Shown: positions 37,268-46,001 of the stretch, in pieces
Layout of the letters: each line of letters opens with the position of its first letter
Numbering within the stretch: position 1 is the stretch's first letter
DNA from: Novosphingobium sp.
GTDB taxonomy: Bacteria; Pseudomonadota; Alphaproteobacteria; Sphingomonadales; Sphingomonadaceae
Direction of reading: 5' to 3'
Assembly: GCA_031361075.1 (NCBI GenBank)
Contig: JANMCG010000007.1
Location: 252-64,251, forward strand
Length of the DNA stretch: 64,000 nucleotides
The notes under the pieces: generated by a model
Told to the model about the DNA's origin: nothing
Seen by the model: only the letters and a program-made list of their open reading frames with translations
Database searches by the model: none
Made by a program: the position numbers and the translations under genes

Positions 37268-38434
37268 ATGGCGGATGGGCCGCTTCCCACCCTCGATCCG
37301 GTCGAAGCGATCGCTGCGTTCCGCGCCAAAGGTTGGCAAATCGGGTTCGACTGGCGCGATGTCTGGCAGGAAGAGCATGCCCGCGCCTTCACCGTGGCCA
37401 AGGCGATGTCGCGTGATCTGCTGGAGGATATCCGCGGCGCGGTCGATCAGGCACTGGCCAACGGCGAAACGCTGGCCATGTTCACCAAGCAGCTGCGCCC
37501 GCGGCTCGCGGCAAAGGGCTGGTGGGGCAAAAGCTACCAGACCGATCCGCTCACCGGGGAAAGCAAGGTTGTGCAGCTCGGCAGCCCGGCGCGGTTGCGC
37601 ACGATCTACGAAACCAACCTGCGGACCAGCTACATGGCCGGCCGCTGGCAGCGCATCGAGCGATCGAAGGCGACCCTGCCGCTGCTCCGTTATGTTTCGG
37701 TGATGGATGGGCGCGAACGGCCGCAACATCACGCTTGGCATGACACGATCCTGCCGGTCGACGATCCCTGGTGGGATAGCCACTACCCGCCGTGCGGATG
37801 GGGCTGCCGCTGTGACGCGCAACCGCTCAACCAGCGAATGCTCGATCGCAAGGGCTTGTCTGTGACCGAGCCGGTCAAGTTCCCAGAGCGCGACTATGTG
37901 AACAAGCGCACCGGCGAGGTGACACGGGTCGAGCAGGGGATCGATCCGGGCTGGAGCTACAACGTCGGCAAGGCTTCGCTCGACGCGCTCACGCCGGCGC
38001 CGCGGGTGAAGCCGGTCCAGGATGAAGACACCGCGCTCAACGCCGTGTTCTCAGATGCTGATTTTCGCCGCGTGAGAGGGTTCTTTGCCGCATTCGAGCT
38101 CACGACCCGTGCCGACGCCACAAAAGGCAAGGTCTGGGAGGATGCGGCCGGCTGGCCGTTGGCGATCAGCCTCGGCCTGCTGCGGGGTCAGGATGGAACG
38201 ATGGTGCGCTTGACCGCAACTCAGCTGCGTTCGTTGGCGGCTGCCGGCAAGGTGCTGACTGCGCCGAAGCGGATCGCGCTGGTCTGGGTGACTGGCGGGG
38301 ACGGCCGGGTGATGCTGGTTCGGCGCTACACCAGCGCGGCCGGCGTCGTTGATTGCGGCCGCGACTTCTGGCGCTGGTCGACGGCGTCGAGCAAGCTGAT
38401 CGAAGTCGGCCACCAGGTCTGGCCCACCAGCTGA
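37268..38434 (+). CDS. MuF-like head morphogenesis protein with C-terminal extension
   Basis: HARAFTVAK, RLRTIYETN and YPPCGWGCRC. Confidence 0.92.
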   Translation: MADGPLPTLDPVEAIAAFRAKGWQIGFDWRDVWQEEHARAFTVAKAMSRDLLEDIRGAVDQALANGETLAMFTKQLRPRLAAKGWWGKSYQTDPLTGESKVVQLGSPARLRTIYETNLRTSYMAGRWQRIERSKATLPLLRYVSVMDGRERPQHHAWHDTILPVDDPWWDSHYPPCGWGCRCDAQPLNQRMLDRKGLSVTEPVKFPERDYVNKRTGEVTRVEQGIDPGWSYNVGKASLDALTPAPRVKPVQDEDTALNAVFSDADFRRVRGFFAAFELTTRADATKGKVWEDAAGWPLAISLGLLRGQDGTMVRLTATQLRSLAAAGKVLTAPKRIALVWVTGGDGRVMLVRRYTSAAGVVDCGRDFWRWSTASSKLIEVGHQVWPTS

Positions 38435-38526
38435 CAAATCAACCCACTTGGCGAATCATGGAAACGGCGGTTAAGCAGGTGCCGGTTCTGGCTTCGGCAG
38501 GCCGCTTCCCCAAATAATCACTGACA

Positions 38527-38546
38527 TGTCAATCGACAGGTAACGG
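38527..38546 (+). promoter_or_regulatory. putative late-promoter activator site 2
   Basis: TGTCAATCGACAGGTAACGG upstream of the protease gene. Confidence 0.75.
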
Positions 38547-38579
38547 GGCCGCGCGGCGCCTCGCTAATGCCGTCAAATC

Positions 38580-39752
38580 ATGACCGTTGGAAGATGCACC
38601 CACCTGATCGGAAGGAACGCTCGATGCGCAGCTAGCATTTCGTCTGGGCAGGAGCTGGCGCTTAGTGCTGCCGCTCCTGACGACGAAGATGCAGCGCTGG
38701 CATCGGCGATCGAAGTGGTCGGCGCCGACGGCAAGGTCAAAAAAACCTTTACCGCGATCCCGTTCGGCGATCCGATCCAAGGCCGCGATGGCCGCAGCTG
38801 GCGCATGGTCGATGCCGATCACGCCGCGCGCGTTCTCGCTGCAACCCGCGGCCGCCTCGGCAATGTCGAGATGGCGCTCAATTACGATCACCAGCCCGAG
38901 CTCGCGATCGCCCAGGGCGGCACGGCGCCCGCTTCGGGCTGGGTCAAGGAAATGAAGGTCGGCGCTGACGGCATCGAGGTCACTGTCGACTGGACCCCGA
39001 AAGCAGAGGCCGCGATCGCCGCTCGCGAGTACCGCTACATGAGCCCGTCGTTCATGCACGACAAGGCCGGCAATGTGACCCGGCTCAACAACATCGCGCT
39101 CACCAACAACCCGAATTTCGATCTTCCCGCGCTCGCTCACCAGGAGCAGCGCAAACCCGGAGAAGTGCCCGACATGAAAGCCCTCACTCTTGCCGCCGCT
39201 TCGGTGACGGCGATCTGCGCCGCACTGGCAATCAAGCCCGATGAAATCGACGAGGCCAAGGTTCTCGCCGGCATCGGTCAGCTCAAGACCGACAAGGATG
39301 GCGCCGAAGCCGCCCTCAATGCCGTTCGCGGCGAGCTGGGCGTTGCTGACGATGCCGATCAGGCTGTCGTGCTGGCATCGCTCGACGCCGCCAAGAAGGC
39401 CGGCGCCCCGGATCCCGCCAAGTTCGTGCCCAAGGAAGGGTACGATGCGCTCGCCGCAAAGGTCGCCAAGATCGAGGAGGCCCGCGTGCTCGCCTCGGTC
39501 GATGCAGCGGTCGCTGCAGGCAAGCTTGCGCCGTCGATGAAGGACTGGGCGATCAGCCTGGGCAAGACCGACGAACCCGCGCTTGCCGCCTTCATCGACC
39601 AGGCCACCCCGTTCGCTGGCAGCGAATCCACGATCAAGGGCGAACCCAAGGTCGAGAAGGGCAAGCTCAACGCCGAGGAAAAGGCGATCTGCGCGCAGAT
39701 GGGCCTCGCCGAGGACGAATATCTCAAAACCCGTGAACTGGAGGCGATCTAA
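38580..39752 (+). CDS. Mu-like prohead protease/scaffold (gpI)
   Basis: GRDGR.W, NYDHQ, APASGW, WTPKA, EYRYMSP and ALTNNP. Confidence 0.92.
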   Translation: MTVGRCTHLIGRNARCAASISSGQELALSAAAPDDEDAALASAIEVVGADGKVKKTFTAIPFGDPIQGRDGRSWRMVDADHAARVLAATRGRLGNVEMALNYDHQPELAIAQGGTAPASGWVKEMKVGADGIEVTVDWTPKAEAAIAAREYRYMSPSFMHDKAGNVTRLNNIALTNNPNFDLPALAHQEQRKPGEVPDMKALTLAAASVTAICAALAIKPDEIDEAKVLAGIGQLKTDKDGAEAALNAVRGELGVADDADQAVVLASLDAAKKAGAPDPAKFVPKEGYDALAAKVAKIEEARVLASVDAAVAAGKLAPSMKDWAISLGKTDEPALAAFIDQATPFAGSESTIKGEPKVEKGKLNAEEKAICAQMGLAEDEYLKTRELEAI

Positions 39753-40162
39753 TGGCCGCTTTGACTGAAGGCCGCACGACCAAGTCGCGCGAGCTCAAAA
39801 CCGTTGCGCGCGGCGTTCTCGCCGGCGTGAAGATCTTCGAAGGCGCACTGACCGTGATCACCGCGGCGGGCTACGCCAAGCCCGGCGTCACTGGCTTGAA
39901 CCTCAAGTCGCAGGGCCGCGCCAAGGGTGCGGTCGATAACACCGGTGGGGCCAATGGCGCCAAAACGGTCGAGATCGAGCGCGGCTGCTTCCAGTACGCC
40001 AACTCGGCTGCAGGCGACCTGATCACGATCGCCGACATTGGGGCCACCGCATACGTCGTCGACGATCAGACGGTCGCCAAGACCGATGGCGGCGGCACTC
40101 GCTCTGCGGCCGGCGAAATCATCGACGTCGAAGCCACCGGCGTCTGGATCAAGTTCGGCTGA
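39752..40162 (+). CDS. head decoration/cement protein
   Basis: DNTGGANG...YVVDDQTVAKT...G.I.DV...GVW; lies between protease and capsid. Confidence 0.75.
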   Translation: MAALTEGRTTKSRELKTVARGVLAGVKIFEGALTVITAAGYAKPGVTGLNLKSQGRAKGAVDNTGGANGAKTVEIERGCFQYANSAAGDLITIADIGATAYVVDDQTVAKTDGGGTRSAAGEIIDVEATGVWIKFG

Positions 40163-40193
40163 GCCCGAAGACAGAAGACAAGGGAACTAGCAC

Positions 40194-41090
40194 ATGCAAG
40201 TCACAGGTACCGCACTCCGGACGCTCGGCGTCAGCTTCAACGCGCTGTTCTCGGGCGGGATGGGTCAGGTCCCGTCGCAGCTGGGCCAGATCGCCAGCAC
40301 CGTGCCCAGCAGCACCAAGACCAACGAATACTCTTGGCTGGGCGAACTGCCCGGCATGCGCGAGTGGGTCGGCGATCGCCAGGCGCAGCAGCTGAAGGCA
40401 CACGGCTACTCGATCGACAACCGCGACTTCGAACACACGATCGAAGTCAAGCGGACCGACATCGAGGACGACAACCTCGGCCAGTACAACATGATGTTTA
40501 CCGCCCAGGGCCTTGCCGCGGGCGCGCATCCTGACCAGCTGGTGTTCGGCGCTCTCGCCGCGGGCCACGCGACCAACTGCTACGACGGCCAGTATTTCTT
40601 CGACACCGACCATCCGGTGATCGATGCGGCCGGCATAGTGCAGAACGTCTCGAATTCGCTCTCGCCGGGCGGCGGAACCGCGCCTTGGTTCCTGATCGAC
40701 GACAGCAAGGCCGTGAAGCCGATCATCTTCCAGGAGCGGCAGAAGATGCTGTTCCGCGCGATGGACGACCCGAACAATCCGGAAGTGTTCAATCGCAACG
40801 TCTACAAGTACGGCATCGATTATCGCGCCAACGTGGGTTACGGTTTCTGGCAGTTCGCGGTGCGCAGCTGCGCACCGCTCGACAGCGCCGGCTACGAAGC
40901 TGCCCGCGTCGCGCTTGCCAACGTGACCGGTGACTATGGCCGCAAGATCGGCGCGCGCGGCAAGCTGCTCGTGGTCCCCTCGTCACTCGAAGGCGCAGGC
41001 GTCCGGTTGCTCAACAACCAGATGAACGCAGCCGGCGCGAGCAACGAGTGGGCGGGCACCGCCAAGCTGTTCGTGGCTGACTGGCTGTGA
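40194..41090 (+). CDS. Mu-like major capsid protein (gpT)
   Basis: YSWLGELPGMREWVGDR, IEDDNLG, CYDGQYFFDTDHP and GYGFWQ. Confidence 0.95.
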   Translation: MQVTGTALRTLGVSFNALFSGGMGQVPSQLGQIASTVPSSTKTNEYSWLGELPGMREWVGDRQAQQLKAHGYSIDNRDFEHTIEVKRTDIEDDNLGQYNMMFTAQGLAAGAHPDQLVFGALAAGHATNCYDGQYFFDTDHPVIDAAGIVQNVSNSLSPGGGTAPWFLIDDSKAVKPIIFQERQKMLFRAMDDPNNPEVFNRNVYKYGIDYRANVGYGFWQFAVRSCAPLDSAGYEAARVALANVTGDYGRKIGARGKLLVVPSSLEGAGVRLLNNQMNAAGASNEWAGTAKLFVADWL

Positions 41091-41665
41091 GGGAGCTAAG
41101 CTTCCCACGCGGGTCCCTGCTGCGCGTCACTGCGCTGCAGCCGACCCGACGCCGGGCCGGCCTGGCGTTTAACCAGTCGAACCCGCGCGACCTCACGCCC
41201 GAAGATCTCGGGTTTGGCCTCGCCGCAATGATGGCGCTCGTAACGATCCTCTCTGACCCGTGGCTCAAAGTTGTTTTGGTCGAGGGCGACGAGGTGCGCG
41301 AGATCACGGCCGAGGAGCGCGACGATCTGCTTGCCTTCATCCAAGCTGAAAGCGCCCGTGTAGATGCCGACGACCCGCCGACCACGGATGCTGCCGAAGC
41401 CGCCAGAGCCGAGGCAGATCGCGTCGCTGCCGAGGCTGCCAAGGCCGAGGAAGACCGGCTCGCTGCCGAAGCCGCCAAGGCCGAGGAAGATCGCGTCGCC
41501 GCCGAAGCCGCCAAGGCCGAGGAAGATCGCGTCGCCGCCGAAGCCGCCAAGGCCGAGGAAGATCGCGTCGCCGCTGAAGCCACCAAAGCTGAGGAAGAGC
41601 GTGTCGCTGCCGAGGCTGCTGCCCAGTCTTCGAAGCCGACCGGTCACAAGAAGGCCAAGGCCTGA
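41087..41665 (+). CDS. HI1506-like protein with Ala/Glu repeat tail
   Basis: RRRAGLAF...ILSDPWLKV N-domain; position after gpT. Confidence 0.7.
   Translation: MRELSFPRGSLLRVTALQPTRRRAGLAFNQSNPRDLTPEDLGFGLAAMMALVTILSDPWLKVVLVEGDEVREITAEERDDLLAFIQAESARVDADDPPTTDAAEAARAEADRVAAEAAKAEEDRLAAEAAKAEEDRVAAEAAKAEEDRVAAEAAKAEEDRVAAEATKAEEERVAAEAAAQSSKPTGHKKAKA
41402..41617 (+). repeat. six tandem 36-bp coding repeats (AKAEEDRVAAEA)
   Basis: Directly visible in DNA and protein. Confidence 0.92.
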
Positions 41666-41668
41666 TCT

Positions 41669-41708
41669 TTGATGGGCGGCGGGGAATGGACCTTCTGCCG
41701 CCCATCAA
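41669..41708 (+). terminator. strong hairpin after the capsid operon (terminator or mRNA stabiliser)
   Basis: TTGATGGGCGGCGGGG...CCTTCTGCCGCCCATCAA; no clear U-tract. Confidence 0.55.
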
Positions 41709-41734
41709 TCCCAACCTGAAAGGATGATCCGCGC

Positions 41735-42157
41735 GTGCCCCTCTTCGCCGATATCACCGCGATGCAGGAGCGCTTCAAAGAGCGGGACCTCATCCAGCTG
41801 ACCGACGACGCCGGCACCGGCGCGATCGACGAAGCCGCGGTCGAACGCGCGCTTGGTTCGGCCGACGCACTGATCATTGGCTACATCGCCGCCCGCTACC
41901 AGGACACCGCCACATTTGCCGGCCAGGCCATCCTGACTGACGTCGCCTGCGACTATGCCTTTTCGCTGCTCTGGCAATCCGATGCGCCAGACTGGGTGCT
42001 GGCCAAGCGCAAAGCCGCGGTGGCAACGCTCAAGGATATTGCCGACGGCAAGATCAAGCTCGACAGTGGCACGGATACGGCTGCGCCTCGCGCCGATCAG
42101 ATCATCACCAGCGGCCCCGAGCGCACTTTCGACCGCGCCGGGCTGAAAGGTTACTGA
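41735..42157 (+). CDS. Mu gp36-like (DUF1320) head-tail adaptor
   Basis: LIQLTD...ADALIIGYIAARY...LKDIADGKIKL. Confidence 0.88.
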   Translation: MPLFADITAMQERFKERDLIQLTDDAGTGAIDEAAVERALGSADALIIGYIAARYQDTATFAGQAILTDVACDYAFSLLWQSDAPDWVLAKRKAAVATLKDIADGKIKLDSGTDTAAPRADQIITSGPERTFDRAGLKGY

Positions 42158-42663
42158 TGGCTGCCTCGTTTAGCCTGGCAACCAGCGGCGGCGTCGAGAT
42201 CCAGCGGCGCCTCGGCGATCTGGTCCACGCATTCGGCGATCTCAGGCCGTTGATGCAGGATCTGGGTCTCACGCTCGAGAGCGCGACGATCGACCGCTTC
42301 GACAGCGAGACCGCGCCAAGCGGCGAGCGCTGGAAGCCGTCGCTGCGCGCCAAGATCGAGGGCGGCAAGACGCTCTCCGATCGCACGACCCTGCGCCACT
42401 CGATCCATTCCGTAGCGGGTTCGAGCGACGTCGAAGTCGGCACCAATCTCATTTACGCCGGCGTTCACCAGTTCGGGGCGACGATCCGCGCCAAGTCAGA
42501 AGCCGGGCTGCGTTTCCGCCTGCCCGGCGGCCTTGGCTATCGCCGCGTGATGGAAGTCGAAATCCCGGCGCGGCCGTTCCTCGGCCTCTCGGCCGACGAT
42601 GAAGCCGAAGTAATTGCCCAGGTCGAAGACTATGCGGCTGCCGCGATCGGTCCAGGCGCGTGA
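42157..42663 (+). CDS. phage virion morphogenesis protein (Mu gpG-like)
   Basis: PSGERWKPS, VGTNLIYAGVHQFG and IPARPFLG. Confidence 0.9.
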   Translation: MAASFSLATSGGVEIQRRLGDLVHAFGDLRPLMQDLGLTLESATIDRFDSETAPSGERWKPSLRAKIEGGKTLSDRTTLRHSIHSVAGSSDVEVGTNLIYAGVHQFGATIRAKSEAGLRFRLPGGLGYRRVMEVEIPARPFLGLSADDEAEVIAQVEDYAAAAIGPGA

Positions 42664-42875
42664 GTGAGTTGGCCACCATCTGGGAGCTCGGCACCGGCAC
42701 GCTGCTCACCATGCTGCTGCTGGCCGCGCTGCTGCGCGGTCAACCGGTGCCCTGGCGCACAGCCAACTGGAGCTTCACCATTGCAGTCCTCTGGCCGATC
42801 GCGGCTTGCGTTGGGCTGTTCGCCGCCATGTCGATCCTGCGCGAAGTCGCCCATGCCAGTCGGCGCGAGCCATGA
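42660..42875 (+). CDS. small membrane protein
   Basis: GTGA/ATGA overlaps; two hydrophobic segments. Confidence 0.55.
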   Translation: MSELATIWELGTGTLLTMLLLAALLRGQPVPWRTANWSFTIAVLWPIAACVGLFAAMSILREVAHASRREP

Positions 42876-43498
42876 TCGGCGCGATCGAAAACGCCATGCT
42901 CGCCCAGCTCAAGGCACAGGCCGACAACGGCGCGCTGGGTTACGCTTGGGCAACGCTCGAAAGCTATCCCGACGACTTCGACCAATATCTCAAGAACAAG
43001 GGCCAGCTCAACACGCCGGCCGCGTGGGCGGTGTTTCTAGGGCTTGGCCAGTGTCAGGATGAGGGCGATGCCCAAGCCGGGGTTACCGGCACAGGGCGTT
43101 TCGCGCTGGTCGTTGCGGCAAAAAACCTGCGCAATGAGACGGCGACCCGTCACGGAGGAATCGATCCGGCGAGCGAACCGGGCAGCTACCAGCTGGCCGA
43201 AGACGCGATGCGGATCCTGTCGCGCAGCGACCTTGGCCTCGATCTGGTTCACCCGGTCGCGATCGAGGGCGCGCGCCTGATCGCGCGCTCGCCTGAAATT
43301 CGTACGCAGGGACTGTCGCTGATGGCGATCGAGCTGAGCTGCCAGATGCCGCTGGGTGTGATGCGGACGCCCGATGGCGCGCTCGGCGATTTCGCCCAGC
43401 TGCATGTCGATTGGGACGTGCCAGGCCTGGGCAACGTCACGGCGCCGCTCCCGGCCGCAGACCCCGATGCCGAAGACTTGGTGGAGATCCCGCAATGA
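42872..43498 (+). CDS. Mu gp37-like (DUF1834) tail terminator
   Basis: MIGAIENAM...PAAWAVF...NLRNETATRHG...GSYQL. Confidence 0.8.
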   Translation: MIGAIENAMLAQLKAQADNGALGYAWATLESYPDDFDQYLKNKGQLNTPAAWAVFLGLGQCQDEGDAQAGVTGTGRFALVVAAKNLRNETATRHGGIDPASEPGSYQLAEDAMRILSRSDLGLDLVHPVAIEGARLIARSPEIRTQGLSLMAIELSCQMPLGVMRTPDGALGDFAQLHVDWDVPGLGNVTAPLPAADPDAEDLVEIPQ

Positions 43499-43683
43499 GC
43501 CATCCGACAAGATACCGCCCAGCCAAGGGCGCGCGGGTGCTCAAGCGCCACGGCTTGCCCGTCGCCGATGCCGGCGAAGAACTGCCGGCCACACCGTACT
43601 TCGCCCGGCTTATCACCGATGGGGACTTGGTCCCGGTCGCAGCGTCCAAATCTTCGAACACCACAGGGAGTAAACCCGCATGA
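43495..43683 (+). CDS. Mu gp38-like (DUF2635) protein
   Basis: PAKGARV...YFARLITDGDL; directly before sheath. Confidence 0.75.
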   Translation: MSHPTRYRPAKGARVLKRHGLPVADAGEELPATPYFARLITDGDLVPVAASKSSNTTGSKPA

Positions 43684-45143
43684 TCAACTTCAGCTCAATC
43701 CCCGCCGATATCCGCGTTCCGGGGCAGTACATCGAATTCGACAGCACGCGCGCGCTGTCGGGCCTGCCGCCGATCCAGAACCGTGTGCTGCTGATCGGGC
43801 AGAAGCTCGCCGCTGGCGCCGCCGGCGCGCTGACAATCCAGTCGGTTATCGAAGCGGGCGTAGCGATCGCGCTGTTCGGCCGCGGCTCGATGCTGGCGCG
43901 CATGGCCGCGGCATACAAAAAGGCTGATCGCTATTCCGAGGTTCACGCGATCGCGCTCGATGATCTGGGCGGCGGCGTCGCTGCCAGTGCCACGATCACG
44001 GTCACCGGGCCTGCCACCAGCGCCGGCGTAATTGCGCTGATGGTCGCTGGCGTCGGGATGCCCATCGTCGTCGCGGTTGGCGCGACTGCCAACACCGTGG
44101 CTGCTGCGATCGCCGCTGCAATCAACGCCAATCTCGACCTGCCGGTCACTGCAGCCTCCGCCGCCGCGGTCGTGACGATCACTGCCCGGCACAAGGGCAC
44201 GACCGGCAACCAGCTTGATATCCGCCATAGCCACAACGATGGCGAAGTCCTGCCAGCCGGGATCCTGCTGGCGATCGTCGCCATGGCCAACGGTGCGGGC
44301 GATCCCGATATCGACAGCGTCTGGGCGGTGATCGGCGATACGCCGTTCCGCACGATCGTGCTGGGCTTCTCGGAAGCCGCGACGATTGCCAAGGTCAAGA
44401 CTGAACTCGACGATCGCTGGGGACCGCTGCGGATGCTCGAAAGCGTCGCGTATGCCGCGCGCTCGGGCACCCAGGGCAACCTGGCTGCATTCGGCGCCGC
44501 GCTCAACAGCGAGCTTGTTTCGGTCTTCGGCTCGGGCAAGAGCCCCAGCTGGGCGCCTGAAGCGGCTGCGACCTATGCCGCAGCCTGCGGATATTACTCC
44601 GCGATCGATCCGGCCCGGCCGCTTCACACGCTAAAGCTCATCGGTCTGGTTGCACCCCGCGAGGCAGACCGCTTCACGCGTGCCCAGCGCGAGGCGTTGC
44701 TGCGCGACGGGATTGCCACCTATACGATCGACCAAGCCGGGACCTGCCGGATCGAGCGGGCGATCACGACCTATCAGACCAACGCGCTCGGCATCGCCGA
44801 CGTGGCGTACCTCGATCTCGAAAGCGTGACGACGCTGGGCTACCTGCGCGCCTCGCTGCGGGTGCGCATTGCCACCAAGTTTCCTCGCCACAAGCTGGCG
44901 GACGATGGCACCCAGTTCGGCCCTGGCCAGGCGATCGTCACGCCGAAGAGCCTGCGTGCCGAGATCATTGCACTGGCGCGCGAGTGGGAGACAGGCGGCC
45001 TGGTCGAGGATCTCGACCAGTTCATCGGCGATTTGCTGGTTGAGCGCGACCAGGGCGATCCCGACCGGGTCAACGCGCTGGTTCCACCCAACATCGTCAA
45101 CCAGTTCCGCAGCTTCGCCGCGGCGGTCCAGTTCCGGCTCTGA
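43680..45143 (+). CDS. tail sheath protein
   Basis: RVPGQYIEFD, FGRGSML, DPARPL and FPRHKLADDG. Confidence 0.95.
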   Translation: MINFSSIPADIRVPGQYIEFDSTRALSGLPPIQNRVLLIGQKLAAGAAGALTIQSVIEAGVAIALFGRGSMLARMAAAYKKADRYSEVHAIALDDLGGGVAASATITVTGPATSAGVIALMVAGVGMPIVVAVGATANTVAAAIAAAINANLDLPVTAASAAAVVTITARHKGTTGNQLDIRHSHNDGEVLPAGILLAIVAMANGAGDPDIDSVWAVIGDTPFRTIVLGFSEAATIAKVKTELDDRWGPLRMLESVAYAARSGTQGNLAAFGAALNSELVSVFGSGKSPSWAPEAAATYAAACGYYSAIDPARPLHTLKLIGLVAPREADRFTRAQREALLRDGIATYTIDQAGTCRIERAITTYQTNALGIADVAYLDLESVTTLGYLRASLRVRIATKFPRHKLADDGTQFGPGQAIVTPKSLRAEIIALAREWETGGLVEDLDQFIGDLLVERDQGDPDRVNALVPPNIVNQFRSFAAAVQFRL

Positions 45144-45179
45144 GAGCCTGCTTAGAAACCTCTTTCGAAAGGGTAAGAC

Positions 45180-45545
45180 ATGTCCAATCCCAACCGCGTC
45201 GTTGGCCAGATCAAGGTCAAGATCGACGGCGTCACCTATCCGACATCGGGCGAAAGTAGCCTTGAGCTCGGCGGCCCCAAACGCGATGCCGTCAAGGGCG
45301 ACTACGACGCCAGCTCGTTCATGGAAAGCACCGAGCCGTCGAAGGCGGAAGTCACGATCAACTACAAGGCCGGTGTCAGCCTGGGCGCGCTGCGCGCAGT
45401 CGACAACGCCACGCTGACCATGGAGCTCGACACCGGCTCGGTCTGGATCGTGCGCAACGCCTACGTCTCCGACGTCATCAGCTTCAACCAGGACGGCAAG
45501 GCCAAGGTCGTGTTCGGCGGTCCGCCTGCTGAGGAGATGCTGTGA
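45180..45545 (+). CDS. tail tube protein
   Basis: 121 aa after sheath; G...VKIDG...LGG.KR. Confidence 0.85.
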   Translation: MSNPNRVVGQIKVKIDGVTYPTSGESSLELGGPKRDAVKGDYDASSFMESTEPSKAEVTINYKAGVSLGALRAVDNATLTMELDTGSVWIVRNAYVSDVISFNQDGKAKVVFGGPPAEEML

Positions 45546-45874
45546 TGCGCATGCTCGGTACATATGCGCTGAAGCATCCGATCGTGCTCGAGACCCGCGA
45601 TCCCTCGAAGGCAGACGAGGTCAAGGAAGAAGAACTCAAGCCGGCCGGGTTTATGGTCACCTTGCGGCGCCCGAAAGGCAAGGACCTCACGGTTTTTGAT
45701 CGGCACGGCGATGCGATGGTCGCTGCCACCCTCGATATGATCGAGCGGCTGAGCCAGCTCGATGCGACCGAGGTAGCCAATCTCGACGGTGAAGACGTGG
45801 CAGAGCTGGGAAACTTGCTCGAGCGCTTTGCGCCGAATGGCCAGCCAACTGGCGCGACCTCCTCGGCGACCTAG
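45542..45874 (+). CDS. tail assembly chaperone
   Basis: LKHPI...TLRRPKGKD...LDGED; lies between tube and tape measure. Confidence 0.85.
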   Translation: MMRMLGTYALKHPIVLETRDPSKADEVKEEELKPAGFMVTLRRPKGKDLTVFDRHGDAMVAATLDMIERLSQLDATEVANLDGEDVAELGNLLERFAPNGQPTGATSSAT

Positions 45875-45978
45875 CGCACGCTTTCCACTGGTCGCCATCG
45901 GAACTGATGGGGCTGACGCGGGACGATCTGATGATGTGGCTTGGACAGCTCGAACGGCTGTTTCCGGTCGAAGAATAG
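45808..45978 (+). other. -1 frameshift site GGGAAAC and GpE'-like extension
   Basis: G GGA AAC at 45808-45814; -1 frame reads ...DLAHAFHWSPSELMGLTRDDLMMW...EE to TAG at 45978. Confidence 0.8.
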
Positions 45979-46001
45979 GCCATTAGGCGAAGGGGCTACC
46001 G

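Noticed and set aside
41402-41617. 36-bp repeats as a CRISPR array
   Set aside because: Repeats are contiguous with no spacers, are in frame in a CDS, and no cas genes are present
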